Below are positions 20,313 to 30,532 of a stretch of DNA of 64,000 bases, piece by piece. The notes under the pieces were generated by a model. The model had not been told where the DNA came from. It worked only from the letters and a program-made list of their open reading frames with translations, and did no database searches. Location: the IMG/VR virus record IMGVR_UViG_3300032315_001572, positions 1 to 64,000 of that record, one strand, 5' to 3'. How positions within the stretch are numbered: the stretch's first letter is position 1; each line of letters starts with the position of its first letter. Origin of the DNA: a virus. Made by a program: the position numbers and the translations under genes.

Positions 20313-20728
20313 GATTACTAAATATTAACGGCAAGCTCGTTAATAAAAATGTAAGAAACTATGAAATAAATTGGGATGGAAAATGCAGAAGTAAATTGCA
20401 ATTTAAATTCAAACAATTCTTCTATCCTTACTGGAAAAATCACATTGTATATGAAGAATTTCCAGTTTATGGAAGCATGCTTAAAATTGATTTATTAAAT
20501 GCAACTAAAAAGATAGCAGTTGAGATACAAGGCGATCAACATGAGAGCTTTAATAAGTTCTTTCACGATAATTCTAGATTAAAATATCTTCAAAGTATAA
20601 AAAGAGATGTTAAAAAAGAAAAATGGTTAGAAATGAATGGATTTAAGTTTCTAGAACTCTATGAAAATGATTTAAAAAACCTATCACCACAATATATAGA
20701 AGAAAAGTGCGGAATATTGATTATTTAA
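20309..20728 (+). CDS. PD-(D/E)XK endonuclease, DUF559/Vsr-like
   Basis: S.LQ, EEFP, IDLL, IAVEIQGDQH, RD..K..W....G motifs. Confidence 0.7.
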   Translation: MRLLNINGKLVNKNVRNYEINWDGKCRSKLQFKFKQFFYPYWKNHIVYEEFPVYGSMLKIDLLNATKKIAVEIQGDQHESFNKFFHDNSRLKYLQSIKRDVKKEKWLEMNGFKFLELYENDLKNLSPQYIEEKCGILII

Positions 20729-20734
20729 GTGTAA
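20729..20734 (+). promoter_or_regulatory. putative late promoter motif GTGTAA
   Basis: 9 nt upstream of GTG 20744. Confidence 0.55.
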
Positions 20735-20743
20735 AATTTTCTG

Positions 20744-21004
20744 GTGACAAATAAGAAAAAATTCAATTTCCCAGCATCTCTTTTAAAACAAATTGATGAA
20801 TGTAGTTTCGGTGGATATATTCTTTTTAATTTTTCAAGCAAAGGCGAACCTCAAGTATATACAAAATTTGATAATCAAATAAATGCCATGGCTCTTTTAT
20901 ATTATTTAAATACATGGGGACAAAGCATAGATCAACTAAATTTAGAAGCAACTACAGACCTAATCGCCAGAAAAAACGAGAACGAAGATTCAGAAGAAGA
21001 ATAA
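20744..21004 (+). CDS. hypothetical protein
   Basis: 86 aa, acidic C-terminus, GTG start after GTGTAA motif. Confidence 0.65.
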   Translation: MTNKKKFNFPASLLKQIDECSFGGYILFNFSSKGEPQVYTKFDNQINAMALLYYLNTWGQSIDQLNLEATTDLIARKNENEDSEEE

Positions 21005-21020
21005 AATTTATTTTTTTAAT

Positions 21021-21794
21021 TTAATGCCAGTATTCTATAGCTTCAAGCGAAGATTCTATATAACCACCACCGTTTGGCCAAAAGAAAATATTAGGATTGT
21101 CACCTCTGTTTATAGGCGCAGAACCTACTGTTTTACCATCAATTATATAGTATAATGTACCTATTTGTGTTTCGTTTTCAAAACGATTTCCATACCAAAA
21201 AGCATCTCCGCCATCAAAATTACTTGCCATTGATGGGAGTGGCAGACCATGAAAATTATTCCATGCATCCCTTGTGATATAATTATAAATATTGATGCCA
21301 CCTAGACCAGCAGGAATTGGATCATCTACATTGGGACCACTTATAAATCCATAATCATCACTATATAAATTTGCCATACAAACCAAATCGGTTTGTTTTT
21401 TTATAGTCTTTGCTTGTTGATTTATACTAAAACCTTTATTAAATTGTGAAGTTATTGATCCGCTATAGTTTCCTGGTATAATATTTCCATTTCCCAATAT
21501 CATTTTTAAACGAGCGTTTATTGTGAATCTCCACGTTTTAACTCTCCAAAAAGCAATCATTATAGTTTTAAGGCTTAATGGACTAGTTCCGTATTCTGGC
21601 CATTCACTTACACAGAATGGAAAAGCCCCAACTTTACCATCTTCATCTAAAATAGGGCAACCTTCATTATTAACTGGACTTCTTAAAGAACAAGCGCAAG
21701 CTTTTAGATCACCATCGTTTCCAACAGCTATCTCTTTAAGAATACCTTTAAGGTAGTCTGGATAATCTGCTCCTGATGTTAATCCACATGGCAT
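21021..21794 (-). CDS. hypothetical protein with Cys-containing N-terminus, solitary late-type gene
   Basis: 257 aa ORF antisense to the replication operon; GTGTAA 8 nt upstream. Confidence 0.75.
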   Translation of the reverse strand: MPCGLTSGADYPDYLKGILKEIAVGNDGDLKACACSLRSPVNNEGCPILDEDGKVGAFPFCVSEWPEYGTSPLSLKTIMIAFWRVKTWRFTINARLKMILGNGNIIPGNYSGSITSQFNKGFSINQQAKTIKKQTDLVCMANLYSDDYGFISGPNVDDPIPAGLGGINIYNYITRDAWNNFHGLPLPSMASNFDGGDAFWYGNRFENETQIGTLYYIIDGKTVGSAPINRGDNPNIFFWPNGGGYIESSLEAIEYWH

Positions 21795-21802
21795 ATTCCA
21801 AA

Positions 21803-21837
21803 TTACACTTGACTTTTCATTTTTAATTTGGTATCAT
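21803..21837. promoter_or_regulatory. back-to-back promoters: GTGTAA (- strand, 21803-21808) and sigma70-type (+ strand, 21809-21837)
   Basis: TTACAC directly abuts TTGACT-17-TATCAT (with extended -10 TG), 9 nt before dnaB ATG. Confidence 0.7.
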
Positions 21838-21846
21838 ATATAAAGG

Positions 21847-23331
21847 ATGATTTATTCTTTACAAGTAGAAAGACACGTATTAAGCGGTCTATTAAAACAT
21901 CAAGATTTATTTGCAGATGTTGATGTATTTTTAACAGAGAATGACTTTTACAATGATGTTCATTGCACTATTTATTCAATATTCAAGAACATTAAACATA
22001 AAGGTGAAAACGTAGATAAAGTACTATTAGCGGAAAAAATTAAGAATCTTGGAATCTCATTTAAAGACGAGATTAATATCTTTGATTACATTGATAATTT
22101 AAGTTTCTCACAAATAACTCAAGAAGCCACAATGGAAGCATGCAAAGAACTTATTAAATTACGGGTCAGAAGAGAGATTTCCTCAACAGCAGATAAACTT
22201 AAAGAATATGTCACAAAAAATTCGGATGAATCGCTTGATTCTATTATTACTAAAATAGATCAGATTTATAATAAAAAGATTTCATCTTACTCAGAAAATG
22301 ATATGCCAATTAATATTTTTGAAGGAGTAGAAGATCTTATTGAAGAAATTGGCAATAGTCCAAAAGAAGATACTGGACTTATAACTCCATATTCTGAATT
22401 TAATAGAATGTATGGTGGTTTAAAGAATGGCAATATTTACGCTATTGCTAGTAGGCCAGGTCAAGGCAAATCAACTTGGTTAAATGATATCTGTTTTAAA
22501 ACTTCTATTAATCCCAAGAATAAAACTAAAACTCTTATTCTTGATACTGAAATGCAAACTGTAGATATTCAATTAAGAATGGTTGCATCTTTGAGTGGTG
22601 TTCCAGTTTGGTATCTTGAAACTGGTAATTGGCGTAAAAACGAAGAGATGACCAAGAAAGTAAGAGAAGCTTGGGATAAAGTTAAAAAATATGAATACTT
22701 TCATTATCATGTGGGCAATAAAAATATTGATCAAGTATGTTCAATTATTCGCAGATGGTATCTCTCTAAAGTCGGAAGAGGAAATCAAGCTATGATTGCT
22801 TATGATTATATTAAACTAACTGGAGAAAAAGTAGGCCAAAATTGGGCAGAGCATCAAGCAATTGGAGATAAGATTGATAAACTAAAAAGAATTTCAGAAG
22901 AAATTCATTGTCCAATTATTACAGCTATGCAATTAAATAGAACTGGCGAGAGCTTCAATAGAAAGGGATCAGAGGTTGTGGATGATAGCTCTGTGATTTC
23001 ACTTTCAGATAGATTACAATGGTTTGCATCATTTGTAGCAATCTTTAGAAGAAAAACTCTAGATGAGATTACTCTTGATGGTCAAGCATTTGGAACTCAT
23101 AAATTGATTCCGACAAAAACTAGATTCCAAGGAAAAGATGCAGCTGGTCATCAAGATTTAGTTAGAAGGCTAGATTGCACTGGTAAAGAGATCTGGTCAC
23201 AAAATTATTTAAATTATAACGTTCAAAACTTTAATATTGAAGAAAGAGGATCACTAGCAGACGTAGCAGAGCGTCAAAGAGAACAATACGAACTTAATGA
23301 TGCAAACGCAAATGATGGAGAACTATTATGA
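21847..23331 (+). CDS. dnaB: replicative DNA helicase, DnaB family
   Basis: N-terminal ERHVLSGL..DFY..H..I; ASRPGQGKST; TEM; YDYI; AMQLNR. Confidence 0.93.
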   Translation: MIYSLQVERHVLSGLLKHQDLFADVDVFLTENDFYNDVHCTIYSIFKNIKHKGENVDKVLLAEKIKNLGISFKDEINIFDYIDNLSFSQITQEATMEACKELIKLRVRREISSTADKLKEYVTKNSDESLDSIITKIDQIYNKKISSYSENDMPINIFEGVEDLIEEIGNSPKEDTGLITPYSEFNRMYGGLKNGNIYAIASRPGQGKSTWLNDICFKTSINPKNKTKTLILDTEMQTVDIQLRMVASLSGVPVWYLETGNWRKNEEMTKKVREAWDKVKKYEYFHYHVGNKNIDQVCSIIRRWYLSKVGRGNQAMIAYDYIKLTGEKVGQNWAEHQAIGDKIDKLKRISEEIHCPIITAMQLNRTGESFNRKGSEVVDDSSVISLSDRLQWFASFVAIFRRKTLDEITLDGQAFGTHKLIPTKTRFQGKDAAGHQDLVRRLDCTGKEIWSQNYLNYNVQNFNIEERGSLADVAERQREQYELNDANANDGELL

Positions 23332-23984
23332 ATGTAGATTTAATATCAATTACAAAGCCAGAAATTAAAGGAATTAGAAATCCAGAAGACTTGGTGGCAT
23401 TTTGCGCTAGAGTCAGTAATCCATCTAATCAGATGAATATTGAAACTGCTCCAAAGCTATTAAAATTTTTAATTAAACACAAGCATTGGAGCCCATTTGA
23501 ATTGGTTGATATGTGTGTTGAAATTAAAACTAGCAGAGGAATTGCGGCTCAAATTCTTAGGCACAGATCATTTAGCTTTCAAGAATTTAGTCAAAGATAT
23601 AGTGTTGCAAATGAATTTGAAGACATTGAACTCAGATTGCAAGGAGATAAGAATCGACAAGTAGGTGAAATTCTTATGAAAACAAATACCGATGCATATG
23701 ATAAAGTCAATGAAGTTCTAATAGAGTCTCTATCGCTTTCTCAACATTGTTATGATACAATGATTGAAAATGGGATTGCGAAAGAAGTAGCAAGAATGAT
23801 ATTACCCCTAACAACTCAAACTACAATGTACATGAAAGGCTCATTAAGAAGCTGGATTCATTATATAGAATTGAGAACAGAACAGAATACTCAAAAAGAA
23901 CATAGAGTAATTGCAGAAAAGTGTAAAAAGATTTTCATTAAAGAATTTCCTACAATAAGTGAGGCTTTAGAATGGAAGAGTTAA
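23328..23984 (+). CDS. thyX: FAD-dependent thymidylate synthase
   Basis: HWSPFE, QILRHRSFSFQEFSQRY signature, EVARMILP, LRSWIHYIELR, QKEHR. Confidence 0.96.
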   Translation: MNVDLISITKPEIKGIRNPEDLVAFCARVSNPSNQMNIETAPKLLKFLIKHKHWSPFELVDMCVEIKTSRGIAAQILRHRSFSFQEFSQRYSVANEFEDIELRLQGDKNRQVGEILMKTNTDAYDKVNEVLIESLSLSQHCYDTMIENGIAKEVARMILPLTTQTTMYMKGSLRSWIHYIELRTEQNTQKEHRVIAEKCKKIFIKEFPTISEALEWKS

Positions 23985-24877
23985 ATGTATATCAAATCTT
24001 AACAGATCTTGGTTACCAATTAAAAGATTGTGGAAAAGAATTTAGAGCTAAACCTTTATATAGGGATAGCGATAATGATTCTGTATTAAGAATCTACAAA
24101 GATACTGGTAAATGGGTTGATTTCAAACAGAATATGAGTGGAGATATAAATTCATTAGTTAAATTAACGCTTAAATTAGAAAACCCAAACCAAGCCCAAG
24201 AATGGCTTAAAAATAAAAACTTTGCATTTAAAAACCCAACAGAACCTCAAAAACCACTTATAAAATCTTCTAAAAAATTTGACATAGAAATTCTTTCTAG
24301 ATTAGAAGATGATCAAAGCTATTGGCTAAAAAGAGGGATAGATACTGAAACACTAAAAGTTTTTAAAGGTGGAGTTGCAAAAATGGGAAAGATGAAAAAC
24401 AGATATGTATTTCCTATTTTTAATGCTAAGAATAATATTATAGGATTTTCTGGAAGAGACATTACTAATTTATCTAAGATAAAGTGGAAACATATTGGTG
24501 AGAAAACAGAGTTTGTTTATCCATTATTTGTTAACTCAGAAATTATACAACAGCAAAAAGAAATAATCTTGGTTGAAAGTATTGGAGATATGCTGAGTTT
24601 ATGGCAAGCTGGAGTTGAGAATACTCTAGTTACATTTGGAACTAGTTTAAGTTTAGCGATCTTAAATTATTCTTTAAAGCTTGATCCAAAAAAGATTTAT
24701 ATCAGTTTAAATAATGATTCAAATAAAAACAATGCTGGAAATATTGCAGCAGAAAAAACTGAAGTCAGATTGAGTAGATACTTTGACAAGAACCAACTTA
24801 AAATAGCTCTACCACCTAAAAAAGATTTTGGCGAAATGACAAAAGAAGAAATAGCTCAATGGAAAAACAATCTTTAA
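23972..24877 (+). CDS. DnaG-like primase (TOPRIM)
   Basis: YWLKRGI, NRYVFPI, IGFSGR, KWK, LVESIGD, LNND, KDFGE. Confidence 0.8.
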   Translation: MEELNVYQILTDLGYQLKDCGKEFRAKPLYRDSDNDSVLRIYKDTGKWVDFKQNMSGDINSLVKLTLKLENPNQAQEWLKNKNFAFKNPTEPQKPLIKSSKKFDIEILSRLEDDQSYWLKRGIDTETLKVFKGGVAKMGKMKNRYVFPIFNAKNNIIGFSGRDITNLSKIKWKHIGEKTEFVYPLFVNSEIIQQQKEIILVESIGDMLSLWQAGVENTLVTFGTSLSLAILNYSLKLDPKKIYISLNNDSNKNNAGNIAAEKTEVRLSRYFDKNQLKIALPPKKDFGEMTKEEIAQWKNNL

Positions 24878-25824
24878 AAGTATTATCAGCGTCTAGAATT
24901 AAAACTCTTGAGACTTGTTCTTGGGTTTATTGGAATAATTATCATACTAAAGTACCTCAAAGTCAAAATGACGGGGCACTTAGAGGTACAATTTGCCATA
25001 CAGTTTTCGAATTACTATTAAATAAAAGACATCATAAAAATTATAAAAGAATAATAAAAAAGAACGCTATTGATGGTGACGAAGGAATAAATAGACTAGT
25101 TAAAAAGCTATCAGCAAAAGTGAAACTTGATGAAAGTAATTATAAATTATTAAATGATATGATTTTGGTTGGTCTTAAAAACGACTTCTTTGGAGAAGGT
25201 GGAAAAATAATTAAACCAGAGTATGATTTTAATATTCAAAACGACGAACCAAAATATCATATTCGTGGCTTTATAGACAAGCCTATTAAAATCAAAAAAG
25301 AAATGCATATAATCGACTATAAAAGCTCCAAATACAAGTTTAGGGGTGATGACCTTGAAGCTAATATTCAAGCCATGATGTATAGTCTAGCGAGTAAAAA
25401 ATTATGGCCAAAATTAAAACCTATTGTTAAATTCTTATTTCTTAGATTTCCAAAACAACCAATTCAAGAGTTAGTGTTTGATGATAATCAAATTAAGGGA
25501 TTCGAGCATTATCTTGAGCATATTAATGATTATGTTAATAAGTTTGACGAAGAATCCGCTAGATCAAACTTTGCAATAGATAGCGTTAAGAATAAATGGA
25601 TGTGTCAAGTTGGTGGATGGAAATGCCCATATAAAGATCCATATAAATATTATGTTAAAGTAAATGATAAAGGCGAAGTAGTAGAAACTAGTCTAGAAGA
25701 TAATTTTAAAGATATTAAAGGATTTAAAGTAGAAACTCGAACATATGAAGGATGCCCTAAATTTCAAACTAGTTCTGCAAAAAATGAGTTTTTTGATGAC
25801 TCAAAAGACGAATTTTTAGATTGA
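24859..25824 (+). CDS. PD-(D/E)XK exonuclease, RecB/AddB/Cas4-like
   Basis: LSASRI...C, GTICH, RGFIDK, IIDYKS, Q..MY, C-terminal cysteines. Confidence 0.82.
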   Translation: MEKQSLKVLSASRIKTLETCSWVYWNNYHTKVPQSQNDGALRGTICHTVFELLLNKRHHKNYKRIIKKNAIDGDEGINRLVKKLSAKVKLDESNYKLLNDMILVGLKNDFFGEGGKIIKPEYDFNIQNDEPKYHIRGFIDKPIKIKKEMHIIDYKSSKYKFRGDDLEANIQAMMYSLASKKLWPKLKPIVKFLFLRFPKQPIQELVFDDNQIKGFEHYLEHINDYVNKFDEESARSNFAIDSVKNKWMCQVGGWKCPYKDPYKYYVKVNDKGEVVETSLEDNFKDIKGFKVETRTYEGCPKFQTSSAKNEFFDDSKDEFLD

Positions 25825-25849
25825 TATTTTTATAAACTTCTGTTATATT
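25821..25849 (+). promoter_or_regulatory. sigma70-type promoter (leaderless)
   Basis: TTGATA-17-TATATT (extended TG)-7-ATG(25857). Confidence 0.6.
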
Positions 25850-25856
25850 GGTAAAA

Positions 25857-26603
25857 ATGATACCTTTATTTAAATCTCATTATTCTTTAGGAAGATCTAT
25901 TCTTACCCTAGAGGATAAGTCTGAAAGAGATGAGTATCCAGACTCTATTATTCAAATAGCTAAACAAAATAAATTAAAAGAGATATTCCTAGTAGAGGAT
26001 AACATGTCTTCATTTCTTGAAGCTTATACAAATTGCAAAAATAATAATATTAAATTGAATTATGGATTAAGAATTTCAGTTACAGAGTCGATGGTTGATA
26101 AAACTGAAGAATCAAGAGTTAAAAACTCAAAACTTATACTTTTCTTTAAAAATAAAAAAGGCTATGAATCTTTAACTAAGCTATTTAGTATTGGCGCAAA
26201 AGATGGTTTTTATTATGAACCTAGATTAGATTATGCAACAATAAAGAATAACTGGTCAGACGATCTAATCATGGGTATTCCATTCTACGATTCTTTTATA
26301 TTTAATAATACTCTAAAAAATAGCATATGTGTTCCTCAAATAGACTTTACCAAACCAGTAGCATTTATTGAACAGAACGAACTACCTTTTGATTTTCTTA
26401 TTAAAGATAAAATGCTATCATTTGCAGAAAAGAATAAACTAGAAGTTTTTAATGCAAAAAGCATTTATTATACTGATAGAAAAGACTTTAAAACATATTT
26501 GACCTTTAGATGTATCAATAAAAGGACTGTTCTGAATAAACCAGACCTTGAGCATATGAGTAGTAATGAATTTTGTTTTGAAAGTTGGAAAAATAAAAAA
26601 TGA
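25857..26603 (+). CDS. stand-alone PHP domain of DNA polymerase III alpha (degenerate)
   Basis: SHYSLGRS, IKLNYG, LILFFKNKKGYESLTKL.S...GFYYEPRLD resemble the DnaE N-terminus; start at ATG 25857. Confidence 0.8.
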   Translation: MIPLFKSHYSLGRSILTLEDKSERDEYPDSIIQIAKQNKLKEIFLVEDNMSSFLEAYTNCKNNNIKLNYGLRISVTESMVDKTEESRVKNSKLILFFKNKKGYESLTKLFSIGAKDGFYYEPRLDYATIKNNWSDDLIMGIPFYDSFIFNNTLKNSICVPQIDFTKPVAFIEQNELPFDFLIKDKMLSFAEKNKLEVFNAKSIYYTDRKDFKTYLTFRCINKRTVLNKPDLEHMSSNEFCFESWKNKK

Positions 26604-27097
26604 AGACATTAGAAATACCAAAAAAGATTAATGCTCATGGTTCTAAATGCCGTCAAATTGAAGGCAACGAAGAAAGAACCAGAGATTACAAAGATATGCT
26701 TTATTTATACGAAAAACTTTGGGCACAAGATGCAGATTTAATAAATTTTCATTACTTAGGATCTCAAAGAGTTCTTGATTCAATTTTGGAATTAACAAGA
26801 ATAGATAGCGAAAATATGCCTAAAGATTTATACTTCGATAAAATATTACATAGATTCAAAGAAAGAGATTCTCAAAGAGCAAATATTGTAGATATAGGAA
26901 ATAGACTCAATACTACAGTTTACATAGTTGCTTTTTTAAAGAACTTGCAGAGATATAAAATATATAACCTTACGAAAGATGATGGAGTTTGGATAGAAAT
27001 GAATCAAGCAGAACATATAGAATGGCATCATCAAATGAGAGGCTATAGTTTTGATGAATTTTTAGATTTTAAACCCTACTATCCAAAGTATATTTAA
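26600..27097 (+). CDS. hypothetical protein
   Basis: 165 aa, ATGA-coupled to the upstream gene. Confidence 0.7.
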   Translation: MKTLEIPKKINAHGSKCRQIEGNEERTRDYKDMLYLYEKLWAQDADLINFHYLGSQRVLDSILELTRIDSENMPKDLYFDKILHRFKERDSQRANIVDIGNRLNTTVYIVAFLKNLQRYKIYNLTKDDGVWIEMNQAEHIEWHHQMRGYSFDEFLDFKPYYPKYI

Positions 27098-27098
27098 T

Positions 27099-27737
27099 AT
27101 GGACGAACATCTTCTAAGATATAATAAAAATAAAACTTTGGTATTCATAGATTGTGAGACATTTAATCTTTGTCTTAATTTCTGCCATAATATTCCATGG
27201 CAAATAGCTATGTTAAAAATCCAAGGCGATAAAAAGATAGATCAAAAGAATTTCTATTTAAAATGGCAGACAGATTTAAAGATCAGCCAAGATGCAGCTA
27301 GAATAACAAGATATGATCATAAGAAAGTTCAAAAAGAGGGACACGATCCAAAAGAAATATTTCCAACGATTAAAGATTGGCTAGATAATGCAGATTATAT
27401 TATTGGCCATAATACCCTTGGATTTGACATTTATCTTATAAAAGAGTATTATAAATACATGGGTTGTAATTGGGATCATCTTGTAAGTAAATTTATTGAT
27501 ACAAACGCAATAGCAAGAGGTATAAAATACGAAATGCCTTACAATTCAAAAGATAACTTAACTGAATATCAATATAAAATTCTTCATACTAGAAAAAAGA
27601 ATGTAAAAAGCTCCTTGACTTTCCTAGGGAAAGAAAATGGAATAGAGCATGATTACGAAAAACTTCATGATGCCATTAATGATCTTGACTTGAATTTAAA
27701 AGTATGGAATAAATTGAAATGGCAATTAGAGGTATAA
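27099..27737 (+). CDS. DnaQ-like DEDDh 3'-5' exonuclease
   Basis: ExoI FIDCET, ExoII IGHN..GFD, IDT, ExoIII HDAIND. Confidence 0.9.
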   Translation: MDEHLLRYNKNKTLVFIDCETFNLCLNFCHNIPWQIAMLKIQGDKKIDQKNFYLKWQTDLKISQDAARITRYDHKKVQKEGHDPKEIFPTIKDWLDNADYIIGHNTLGFDIYLIKEYYKYMGCNWDHLVSKFIDTNAIARGIKYEMPYNSKDNLTEYQYKILHTRKKNVKSSLTFLGKENGIEHDYEKLHDAINDLDLNLKVWNKLKWQLEV

Positions 27738-27738
27738 C

Positions 27739-27957
27739 ATGGCATCACTAGACGATATTTATGATATAATCCAAAAACTAGAAGATGGTGAAATAGAGTA
27801 TTTACTTATTACTGTTCAAAAAGGTAAAAAGCAAGGCAAAGCAGATGTATTCTTTAGTTTAAAAGACAAAGCTTCCATGAAAATACTAGCAACTGGATTA
27901 GATGCTTTTAATAAAGAAATAGATAATATCGAGAAGCAAGATGAAGACGATGAATAA
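27739..27957 (+). CDS. hypothetical protein
   Basis: 72 aa; GAGG upstream; acidic tail. Confidence 0.65.
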   Translation: MASLDDIYDIIQKLEDGEIEYLLITVQKGKKQGKADVFFSLKDKASMKILATGLDAFNKEIDNIEKQDEDDE

Positions 27958-30532
27958 TATTCTAAAAGACGAAGTTTTATATAGTAAATTTACTACTACT
28001 GATCTTGGGTTGCATGGAGTCAGACTTCCAGAATTTAATATTGATGCGTCCTTAAAAAGACATCTTAATATTAGCGAAGATGTTTCTAATTATGATTTTC
28101 TTAGAGCATTAGCTTTGAATGGTTTTAAGGACTTAAAAATAGAAAAAGACAATAAAGATTATAAAAAATATATTGACCGAGCAAAACATGAACTAGAAAC
28201 ATTAAAAGAATTAGGATTTACAGATTATATTTTACTAGTATGGGATGTTATTAATTTTTGTAAGACAAGTAGCATACCAGTTGGATTAGGTAGGGGTTCA
28301 GCAGCGGGTTCACTTATTCTTTATCTAATCGGCGTAACTAGAATTGATCCAGTTAAATATGACCTTTATTTTGAAAGATTTATATCAAAGATTCGAGCTA
28401 AAAAGCAGGTTATTGATGGAATAATGTATCTTGATGGTAGTTTGATGTGTGACGTTGATTTGGATATTTGCTATTATAATCGCCAAAAAGTATTACAATA
28501 TTTGGAATCTAAATTTAAAGGTAAAACTAGCAAAATCTTAACTCTCAACACTTTGAGTGGAAAACTTTTAATCAAGGAATGTGGTAAAATCGTTGGAGAA
28601 AAGACAGAAGAAGAAATGACCAATATTTCTTCATTGATTCCAAAAGTTTATGGTCAAGTTAAAGATATTAATACTGCATATGAAGAAGTAGAAAAATTTA
28701 AAGATTGGTGTGATGAAAATAAAGAAACATTTCAAATTGCCTTAAAACTAAGAGATCTTATTAAAAATAAGGGAGTTCACCCATCTGGAGTTCTTCTTTC
28801 TTATTATGATTTAGAAACAGTATGTCCAACAGAATTTTCTTCTGATAAAGAACCAGTTTCAAGTTTTGATATGAATTGGGTTAGTTTATTTAACATTAAA
28901 CTTGATATCTTGGGCTTAAGAAGCGTGTCAGTTGTAGATGATGTTTGTAAAAACATTGGTATTAAAGTAGAAGACATTGATCTAAATCATGAATCTATTT
29001 ATAGAAATCTACAAGATCTAAAATCTCCTCATGGGCTTTTTCAAATCGAAGCAGAAACTAATTTTAGAGTTTGCCAAAAAGTAAAACCGAAGAATCTTGA
29101 AGAACTCAGTGGAGTTTTAGCTTTAGCAAGACCTGGAGCATTACAATTTGTTGATAAATATGCTGCTCATACAAATTATCAACAATCAGAAAGTATTCAT
29201 CCGTTTTTTGATGATATTCTAAAGCAAACTGGCGGAGTAGCTTTATATCAAGAGCAATTAATGAAGATGGCTAATAAGATTGGATTTACTTTGGACGAAG
29301 CAGAAATCTTAAGAAGAATCGTTGGTAAAAAGAAAACAGAGGAAATTAAAGCTTGGAAAAAGAAGATTGAATCAAAGATTAAAGAAAATAAAATACCCAA
29401 AGAAGTAGGAGAGATCCTGTGGAAGATTCTTGAAGATTCAGCAAATTATTCATTTAATAAAAGTCACTCGTTGGCTTACGCAGCTTTAGCAGCAGTTACA
29501 ATTTATTTGAAATTCAATCATCCTCAACAATTCTTTTTATCTTTATTGAAAATGAGCAGAAACGAACCAGATCCAATTGGTGAAATTTCTAAGATTCAAA
29601 AAGAAATGCATGAATTCGAGATTAAATTACTTCCTCCACACATTATCAAATCAGAAATGGATTTCTCAATAGAAGATAAAGATATTAGATTTGGCTTATT
29701 ATCTATCAAGGGAATTAGTGATAAGTCTATCGAAAAACTAAACAGCTTCAGAAATAAGTATTCTAATAAGTTTGAAATTTTCCAAGCAGCAGAAGAAGCT
29801 AATCTTAATATTGGAGTATTATCATCCTTGATTCAGGCTGGAGCATTGAGTGGTTTTAATCAATCTAGAAGTAAAATTGTACTAGAAGCCCAATTATGGA
29901 ATATTTTAACAGCTAAAGAGAAAAAGTATTCAATTTCATTCGCAGATAAGTTTGATTATGATTTGATTAAAATTATTAAGCATCTCAATAAATTTACTGA
30001 CGAAAAGAATCATTTGGTTATTAAAGATAATAGATTAAATACTATTAAAGCAAAATATGCGCCATATCTTGAAATCTATAATCAGAATAGTAAAAGTGAA
30101 AGTTTTGCGAATTGGTATTATGAAAAAAAACTTTTGGGATATACATACAATAAAAATTTAAGAGATATTTTTGCAGAGAAAAGAGAAAACCTTAAATATG
30201 TTAGCGATATTATAGACGAACCAGTTAATAGTAAAGTGGCATTTGTTGGCCAAATAGAAGAAGTATATACTGGCGTATCTAAAAATGAAAAGAAAACTAG
30301 ATATGTAAGACTAAAAATATCAGACGAAACCAGCTCAATAAGCACATTAATATTTAATGATAATATTGAGAATAATAAATTATTAAATAATAAAGCTTTT
30401 GAAGAGGGTAATATCGTTATAGCAAAAGGCTCTAAAAGAGATGATTGTATATTTGGAGACTTAATAGCTATTCAAGATCATCAAATTTATATGAAATTAA
30501 ATGATTTAAAAAAGACAGATAAAAATAATTGA
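27941..30532 (+). CDS. dnaE: DNA polymerase III alpha subunit, catalytic part lacking PHP domain
   Basis: GRGSAAGSL, LYFERF, DVDLD, HPSGV, KLDILGL, GLFQIE, ALARPG, YQEQLM, YSFNKSHSLAY, IRFGLLSIKG; C-terminal OB-fold-like region. Confidence 0.95.
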   Translation: MKTMNNILKDEVLYSKFTTTDLGLHGVRLPEFNIDASLKRHLNISEDVSNYDFLRALALNGFKDLKIEKDNKDYKKYIDRAKHELETLKELGFTDYILLVWDVINFCKTSSIPVGLGRGSAAGSLILYLIGVTRIDPVKYDLYFERFISKIRAKKQVIDGIMYLDGSLMCDVDLDICYYNRQKVLQYLESKFKGKTSKILTLNTLSGKLLIKECGKIVGEKTEEEMTNISSLIPKVYGQVKDINTAYEEVEKFKDWCDENKETFQIALKLRDLIKNKGVHPSGVLLSYYDLETVCPTEFSSDKEPVSSFDMNWVSLFNIKLDILGLRSVSVVDDVCKNIGIKVEDIDLNHESIYRNLQDLKSPHGLFQIEAETNFRVCQKVKPKNLEELSGVLALARPGALQFVDKYAAHTNYQQSESIHPFFDDILKQTGGVALYQEQLMKMANKIGFTLDEAEILRRIVGKKKTEEIKAWKKKIESKIKENKIPKEVGEILWKILEDSANYSFNKSHSLAYAALAAVTIYLKFNHPQQFFLSLLKMSRNEPDPIGEISKIQKEMHEFEIKLLPPHIIKSEMDFSIEDKDIRFGLLSIKGISDKSIEKLNSFRNKYSNKFEIFQAAEEANLNIGVLSSLIQAGALSGFNQSRSKIVLEAQLWNILTAKEKKYSISFADKFDYDLIKIIKHLNKFTDEKNHLVIKDNRLNTIKAKYAPYLEIYNQNSKSESFANWYYEKKLLGYTYNKNLRDIFAEKRENLKYVSDIIDEPVNSKVAFVGQIEEVYTGVSKNEKKTRYVRLKISDETSSISTLIFNDNIENNKLLNNKAFEEGNIVIAKGSKRDDCIFGDLIAIQDHQIYMKLNDLKKTDKNN

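Noticed and set aside
24859-25824. Cas4 of a CRISPR system
   Set aside because: Solitary PD-(D/E)XK nuclease in a replication module, with no array or other cas genes
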